Shown here one piece after another: positions 14,156 through 18,578 of a stretch of 18,578 nucleotides of DNA; position 1 is the stretch's first letter, and the number at the start of each line of letters is the position of its first letter. The stretch is taken from contig JACPWU010000001.1 in the NCBI GenBank assembly GCA_016196885.1, positions 1 through 18,578 on the forward strand. The letters are read 5' to 3'. The position numbers were made by a program, and so were the translations under genes. Origin of the DNA: Chlamydiota bacterium (GTDB lineage: Bacteria; Auribacterota; JACPWU01). The notes below the pieces were generated by a model that was not told where the DNA came from, searched no databases, and was given only the letters and a program-made list of their open reading frames with translations.

Positions 14156-16892
14156 AGGCTTTGACAAGTTCTCCCAAAGAACGGGTCAGATCAAACCCCA
14201 GTTTTTCACAAATATGCTGCATCATGTGATTATCTGGAAGGATTTCGGCGGCGAGGCGGTGGATTTTTTCACAGCGCGCTATTTCAAGGAGTTTTTTCAG
14301 GAGCTCTGTTCCTAATCCCTGGTTTTGATAAAAATCATTCACTAAAACAGCAAATTCTGCTTGAGAGGGATCGCGTAATTTACTGAGACGTCCCACAGCC
14401 AGAATTTCGTGATTTTCTGTTTGAGAATTTTTCAAATCTGCAACCAGCGCCATTTCGCGGTCATAATCAATAAAACATCGGTGAATCATACGTTCATGGG
14501 TAGTACGTTGGTCTAGTTTGAGGGATTCAAAAAAGCGTGAGTAGACGCTTCTTTCTGAAAGTGTTTGATGAAATTGAACCATCAAGGGTTCATCCTCAGG
14601 ACGGATCGGGCGAAAGGTGATGGCTTGACCCTCTTTTATTTTCCACTGGCTGATATATTGAATGGGATAAGGGCGGATGGCAGTCAAAACTGTTTTTGAA
14701 GAAGATGACAAATCTTGAGGACGCAGAATGATTCGGGCGTCTAGAGCAATGATTTGATCAGGGCTTGCAAGTAGGGGATTGATGTCGATTTCCTGAATAG
14801 AGGGTTGTTCCATAACCAGTTGACTAAATTGGACTACAATTTTTTCAAGCTCTCCTAGATTAATGGCCTCCTCCCCTCTGACTCCTTTGAAGGCAGAAAA
14901 TATTTTGGTTCTTTCCATCATGAGTCGGGCCAGGGTGCTGTTGAGGGGAGGAAGGGAGAGGGAATGGTCTTTGAAAATTTCCACCCATTTTCCTCCCAGA
15001 CCAAATAAAATAACAGGTCCAAATTGGGGGTCGAGGCTGCTGCCCAGAATAAGCTCAAAACCAGCAGTTTGAATCATGGGTTGAACGGTAACCCCTAAAA
15101 AGTGTTTTGCTCCTCTTTTACGAGTGACAGAATTTTGGATGCTGTCGAAGGCGCGTTTAACCTCTTCGCTGTTTTTAAGATTCAGCTGAACCCCACCTAC
15201 ATCTGTTTTATGTGTGAGGGTCTGGGAATGAAGTTTGAGAACAACGGGGTAGCCCATTTCCTGAGCGATTTGAGAGGCTTGCTCTGGATTTTGCGCGTGT
15301 CGTGTTTGAACAGTTGGAATTTGATATTCCGATAAAATTTCCTTGGCCTCTAACTCTGTTAACAAGGTTCTATTTTGTCGATAGATTTTTTGAATCATTT
15401 TTTCAATTTTTGATTTTTGAGAAGACATTTTATCTGTTTCGAGAGAGAAGGTAGGTGTTTCATAAAGATTTTTAAGATGCTGTTGATGTTGCCACATGTA
15501 GTTAAAAATTCGTACAGCTGTGTCTGGATAAGAAAAATGAGGAATATGGGCCTCACTTAGAATGTTTTGTCCTTTTGCAACATCCACACCTCCCATCCAA
15601 CTGGCAAGAATAGGTTTGTCTATTTTGGGAAGATGATCTTTGATCTGTTGTGCTGTTTGCGTAGGTTCTGTCATGGCCTGGGGGGCTAGGATCAGAAGAA
15701 GTCCATCGCTCTCTTTATCTTCTGCCGCGATTTCCAAGGCCTGCCGATACTTTTCAGGGCTTGCATCGCCTAAAATATCAATGGGGTTTGCATGGCTCCA
15801 GTGAGGTGGAAGAATTTGATTAAGCTTTTGCAAGGTGTTTTCAGAAAGGGGAGCTAACTTTCCTCCTCCCCAGATCAATGCATCTGTTGCAATCACACCC
15901 GCTCCGCCCGCATTGGTTAAAATGGCCAATCGAGGGCCTGTGGGAAGGGGTTGTTTTGCTAACACCTCGGCCATGTAGAAAAGATCTGCAATGCGTTCAA
16001 CGCGTAAGACCCCGGAGCGGCGAAACGCAGCGTCTAGAACTTCATCGCTTCCAGTCAGAGTTCCTGTGTGGGAAGACGCGGCTTTTGAGGCTTCTTCGGT
16101 TTGACCTACTTTTAAAACGATAATGGGTTTAGTGAGGGCCACTTCTCGTGCGGCTGATAAAAATGATTTTGCATCTCCAATGGACTCCATGTAAATGACA
16201 ATACTATGCGTGTTTGGATCATCGCCTAAGTAGTTAATCATGTCCCCCCAGTTGATGTCGAGCATGGATCCTAAAGAAACGAAGGCGCTAAATCCGAAAG
16301 ACTCTTTCAGGCTCCAGTCCAGAATGGCTGTGCATAAAGCACCGCTTTGGCTGATAAAACCGACATGTCCTGGTTTCGCTAGGGTTCTGGCAAAAGTGGC
16401 GTTGAGTCCAGAAATAGGATTCATGACTCCCAGACAATTGGGACCGATGATACGCAAGGAACTCTCTTTTAAATATTTTTGGATTTCATGCTCAAGTTGT
16501 ATACCCGGAGCACCACATTCTTTGAAACCGGCTGAGATGATGATGGCTCCTTTAACATTTGCATTCACACATTCTTTGACAATAGGAGGGACGGTCGAAG
16601 CTGGAGTCACGATAATGGCGAGATCTATTGGGTCTTGAATGGAAGAAAGTGTCGGGTAAGCTTTAATGCCCATGACACTTGGGCGTTTCGGATTTACCGG
16701 ATAAATCGTCCCTCCAAAAGGATGGCTTAGAAGATTTGACAAGAGGGTGCGTCCCACGCTTCCTTCCTTTTCTGTGGCTCCAATCAAGGCGACATGACGT
16801 GGAGAAAAGATCGCATCCAGGGGGTGATCTCGATACCCCAGAAAGTCATGTGAGGGATCGTGAAGGGAGGATATTTTTAACGTTTTAGTCAT
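14142..16892 (-). CDS. Pat/PatZ-type protein: NDP-forming acyl-CoA synthetase-like domains fused to C-terminal GNAT acetyltransferase
   Basis: ORF 14142..16892, 916 aa. The N-terminal CoA-binding fold is [21 protein letters not shown]...IYPVNPK and the ligase-CoA region contains [11 protein letters not shown]. An ATP-grasp segment ([12 protein letters not shown]...GYPVVLKL) and a C-terminal GNAT ([23 protein letters not shown]) follow. The 3' end overlaps the convergent kinase by 14 bp. Confidence 0.9.
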   Translation of the reverse strand: MTKTLKISSLHDPSHDFLGYRDHPLDAIFSPRHVALIGATEKEGSVGRTLLSNLLSHPFGGTIYPVNPKRPSVMGIKAYPTLSSIQDPIDLAIIVTPASTVPPIVKECVNANVKGAIIISAGFKECGAPGIQLEHEIQKYLKESSLRIIGPNCLGVMNPISGLNATFARTLAKPGHVGFISQSGALCTAILDWSLKESFGFSAFVSLGSMLDINWGDMINYLGDDPNTHSIVIYMESIGDAKSFLSAAREVALTKPIIVLKVGQTEEASKAASSHTGTLTGSDEVLDAAFRRSGVLRVERIADLFYMAEVLAKQPLPTGPRLAILTNAGGAGVIATDALIWGGGKLAPLSENTLQKLNQILPPHWSHANPIDILGDASPEKYRQALEIAAEDKESDGLLLILAPQAMTEPTQTAQQIKDHLPKIDKPILASWMGGVDVAKGQNILSEAHIPHFSYPDTAVRIFNYMWQHQQHLKNLYETPTFSLETDKMSSQKSKIEKMIQKIYRQNRTLLTELEAKEILSEYQIPTVQTRHAQNPEQASQIAQEMGYPVVLKLHSQTLTHKTDVGGVQLNLKNSEEVKRAFDSIQNSVTRKRGAKHFLGVTVQPMIQTAGFELILGSSLDPQFGPVILFGLGGKWVEIFKDHSLSLPPLNSTLARLMMERTKIFSAFKGVRGEEAINLGELEKIVVQFSQLVMEQPSIQEIDINPLLASPDQIIALDARIILRPQDLSSSSKTVLTAIRPYPIQYISQWKIKEGQAITFRPIRPEDEPLMVQFHQTLSERSVYSRFFESLKLDQRTTHERMIHRCFIDYDREMALVADLKNSQTENHEILAVGRLSKLRDPSQAEFAVLVNDFYQNQGLGTELLKKLLEIARCEKIHRLAAEILPDNHMMQHICEKLGFDLTRSLGELVKASIQL

Positions 16893-16904
16893 GTCATGAA
16901 TCTT

Positions 16905-17162
16905 TCACTCATCCGATTTTTTGTCAAATTCAGGCGCCTTAACATCCGAAAGATTTTCGTGACAGTAAATGCTAAACCCGCAGGAGTCAGATTGCAGCAT
17001 GTCTTGGGAAAGCGTTTCGTGAACAGCCTTCCTTATTTTTTCCTTGGACTCAGGCTTCAGATGATGAGGCGTTCCTTCGCCTAGAATATCCTCGATCTTT
17101 TCCACAATCTCATTTAACAGATTGTCCAACGTTAAATCTAGTTTCAAGAGAAATCTAGCCAT
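16905..17162 (-). CDS. small acidic hypothetical protein (85 aa) immediately upstream of the Pat-like gene
   Basis: ORF 16905..17189, where the GTG is the longest start. The ATG at 17160-17162 is preceded by SD AAGGAG, giving MARFLLKLDLTLDNLLNEIVEKIEDILGEG... The stop lies 12 nt before the Pat ATG. I recognised no family. Confidence 0.5.
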   Translation of the reverse strand: MARFLLKLDLTLDNLLNEIVEKIEDILGEGTPHHLKPESKEKIRKAVHETLSQDMLQSDSCGFSIYCHENLSDVKAPEFDKKSDE

Positions 17163-17209
17163 ATTTTTCTCCTTTCTTTGAGAGTTCACATCTCCATCCC
17201 CATGAGAAC

Positions 17210-17254
17210 ATTATAAATGGGAAAGACCTTCTCTTTTTATGATCTATATCATAA
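17210..17254 (-). promoter_or_regulatory. Crp/Fnr-type palindrome, box 3 (TTATGAT-CTAT-ATCATAA) plus consensus -10 for the small-ORF/Pat operon
   Basis: Perfect 7+7 palindrome at 17237-17254, centre 17245.5. On the minus strand a perfect TATAAT (17215->17210) begins 30.5 bp downstream of the centre. The predicted TSS is near 17203, about 41 nt upstream of the ATG at 17162. Confidence 0.5.
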
Positions 17255-17312
17255 TAGTTCGGGACAAAAATAGAACTGGATATAAGAATAAAAGGGAAGT
17301 AGACTTTCACCT

Positions 17313-17711
17313 ATGGGAAGTTTTATCCATACTGGTTCTAAAATGAGAAAGTTTGTGATAGATTTTCTCGCGGGGGTCTTTGTTCTCTATTCCCTGGTAG
17401 GGTATGTGGATTTTCGTTGTCCAGAGCCAGGGAAGAAACAAAATCCAGATGAGGTCAGGGCGATTGTTTCTGCCTTATGCTCGGTTGGACATCCTCATTG
17501 TGATCCCTCGCATTCTCCCATTGAAAAGGCCATCGTTCTAAAAAATAATACGGCTCTTGAAAAGCACAAAAGAATATTTCCCTCCTTTAAAGAAGCGGGA
17601 CATCTTTTTGAGTACTTAAGAAATGATTGGAAAGTGACTGAGCGGTCTCCTCCAAAAAATTTTTCCAGCTGTTTCCATTTATTTATTCCTCATTCTTCTC
17701 TCCTGATTTGA
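17313..17711 (+). CDS. hypothetical membrane-anchored/secreted protein with Cys/His-rich motif
   Basis: ORF 17313..17711. It has an N-terminal hydrophobic segment FVIDFLAGVFVLYSLVGYV and then CPEPG...CSVGHPHCDPSHSP. The start is uncertain (ATG 17313 or 17343; neither has a good SD). No family recognised. Confidence 0.4.
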   Translation: MGSFIHTGSKMRKFVIDFLAGVFVLYSLVGYVDFRCPEPGKKQNPDEVRAIVSALCSVGHPHCDPSHSPIEKAIVLKNNTALEKHKRIFPSFKEAGHLFEYLRNDWKVTERSPPKNFSSCFHLFIPHSSLLI

Positions 17712-17895
17712 AATTCAGGCAACGTCCTTTCTTTGCCTGGATTCTTCTATTCTTGTAAGTCTTTTTGTCTCATTTTTCGAATTTATTAGAGTGGTTTCAT
17801 AAGGAGTTATAAGTGTTTCTACCCCACGTGGCCTTCTCTTGTTATGAAACATTCATGCCGACTGAGGTCGACACAAAGGGGGATGAAAATCACCC

Positions 17896-17956
17896 TTGTA
17901 GTCGCCCCATTTATGGGGCCGTTGCATGGACTGCCCGATAAATCGGGCGACTACAA
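17896..17956. repeat. REPIN-like inverted doublet (copy C, 13-nt spacer), core of composite repeat 17878-18010
   Basis: TTGTAGTCGCCCCATTTATGGGGC cgttgcatggact GCCCGATAAATCGGGCGACTACAA. The spacer shares TGCATGGAYT with copy A and the flanks match copy B. Confidence 0.85.
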
Positions 17957-18038
17957 GCTATCATGAGTCATTGTATAAGAATGACTAAAGACTATTTTCA
18001 GGTGAAAACGCTCCAAATAACCACACAGGAGAGAATAT

Positions 18039-18578
18039 ATGTTTTTAATTCGAAATTCTTTAAGAAATCCTTATGGCGTGATTGTGATGGGAATCGCCAT
18101 TTTTGTCTTGGGCCTGACCGTGATGGGCCGCATTCCGACAGATCTTTTGCCGCAGTTTAAGACACCCGCCGTCCAGATTGTGACTTTTTATCCCGGAATG
18201 CCGGCTGAAACCATTGAGCGGGATATCTCTACTCGATTGCAGCGTTGGACAGGACAGTCGGTTGGAATTGAACATCAAGAAGCCAAGTCCATGCTGGGGG
18301 TGAGCATTGTAAAAGATTTTTTTCGTTAGGGGATTGATCCCAATTTGGCGATGACGCAGGTGACATCGTATGCCATGAGCGATCTTTATTATCTCCCGCC
18401 GGGAACGATTCCTCCGATGGTGATGCCCTTTGATCCGACGGCCTCGATTCCCCTTTGTTTGATGAGTGTGAAAAGCGATATTTATAATGAGACTCAACTT
18501 TATGACATTGCGTATTTTCAGCTTCGCAATCGCCTGCAGTCTATTCCTGGAGTGATTGCCCCTGCGGTCTATGGCGGA
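18039..18578 (+). pseudogene. RND (AcrB/HAE-type) efflux permease, 5' part, interrupted by an in-frame TAG at 18327-18329; runs off the right edge
   Basis: ORF 18039..18329 with SD AGGAGA gives MFLIRNSLRNPYGVIVMGIAIFVLGL...LLPQFKTPAVQIVTFYPGMPAE...GVSIVKDFFR*. The same frame continues open to the window end as GIDPNLAMTQV...LPPGTIPPMVMPFDP...LRNRLQSIPGVIAPAVYGG. It is collinear with the AcrB N-terminal region (..TLTFESGTDADIAQVQV..). This could be a nonsense mutation, a sequencing error or readthrough. Confidence 0.6.

Noticed and set aside
2378-17956. Possible CRISPR array, because a 24-nt palindromic unit recurs.
   Set aside because: The units occur as inverted pairs at three dispersed loci separated by genes. 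They are not direct repeats with regular 30-40 nt spacers, and no cas genes are present.
17712-18038. A known riboswitch or small RNA gene in the 327-nt gap (likewise 12773-13042).
   Set aside because: I could not match any class I know (fluoride, guanidine, TPP, SAM, cobalamin, tRNA-like cloverleaf) by eye. Most of the gap is accounted for by the composite repeat, so only a covariance-model scan could settle this.
18327-18329. Genome-wide TAG reassignment or pyrrolysine decoding.
   Set aside because: TAG ends three other genes in this window at positions that match expected protein lengths. No pyl genes are visible. A site-specific event cannot be excluded, but global recoding is unsupported.
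18320-18340. Frameshift at the T7 run (18317-18323, gaTTTTTTTcgt) as the cause of the truncated RND ORF.
   Set aside because: Codon counting shows that the conserved downstream sequence is in the same frame as the upstream ORF. The interruption is therefore a single in-frame TAG, not a homopolymer frameshift.

Overview
Chromosomal-looking, moderately AT-rich bacterial window with about 17 supportable protein-coding genes. I found no rRNA, tRNA, CRISPR array or transposase. Left to right: partial AAA+ (DUF4143-type) ATPase (-), MazG (+), family-4 uracil-DNA glycosylase (-), aldo/keto reductase (-), and a small Cys-rich membrane protein (+). Next is an operon of a class I DhnA/FbaB-type aldolase plus a two-subunit 2-oxoacid:ferredoxin oxidoreductase (+), then two tandem Crp/Fnr-family regulators (+). 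These are followed by a membrane histidine kinase / radical SAM / NnrS operon (+) and a Cys-rich PAS histidine kinase (+). The right end holds a small ORF plus a Pat/PatZ-type acyl-CoA-synthetase-GNAT protein (-), a small Cys/His-rich anchored ORF (+), and the 5' end of an RND permease. The gene content suggests an anaerobe or microaerophile. Four things deserve a second look. (1) A palindrome TATGAT-N4-ATCATA occurs in three intergenic regions, each 29.5-30.5 bp upstream of a -10-like hexamer, which is class II Crp/Fnr geometry. This links the tandem regulators to the kinase-radical SAM-NnrS operon and to the distant small-ORF/Pat operon as a candidate local regulon of unknown signal. (2) A REPIN-like doublet of GTAG-headed palindromes is present three times, twice inside a longer ~125-133 nt composite unit just upstream of genes. 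(3) There is a family of heptanucleotide arrays (5 constant + 2 variable nt, x4) ending in A-tracts, two of them in an identical A7-TAATA tail. (4) The RND gene carries an in-frame TAG with conserved sequence continuing in the same frame. All functional calls rest on my recognition of motifs in the supplied translations, because no database search was possible.
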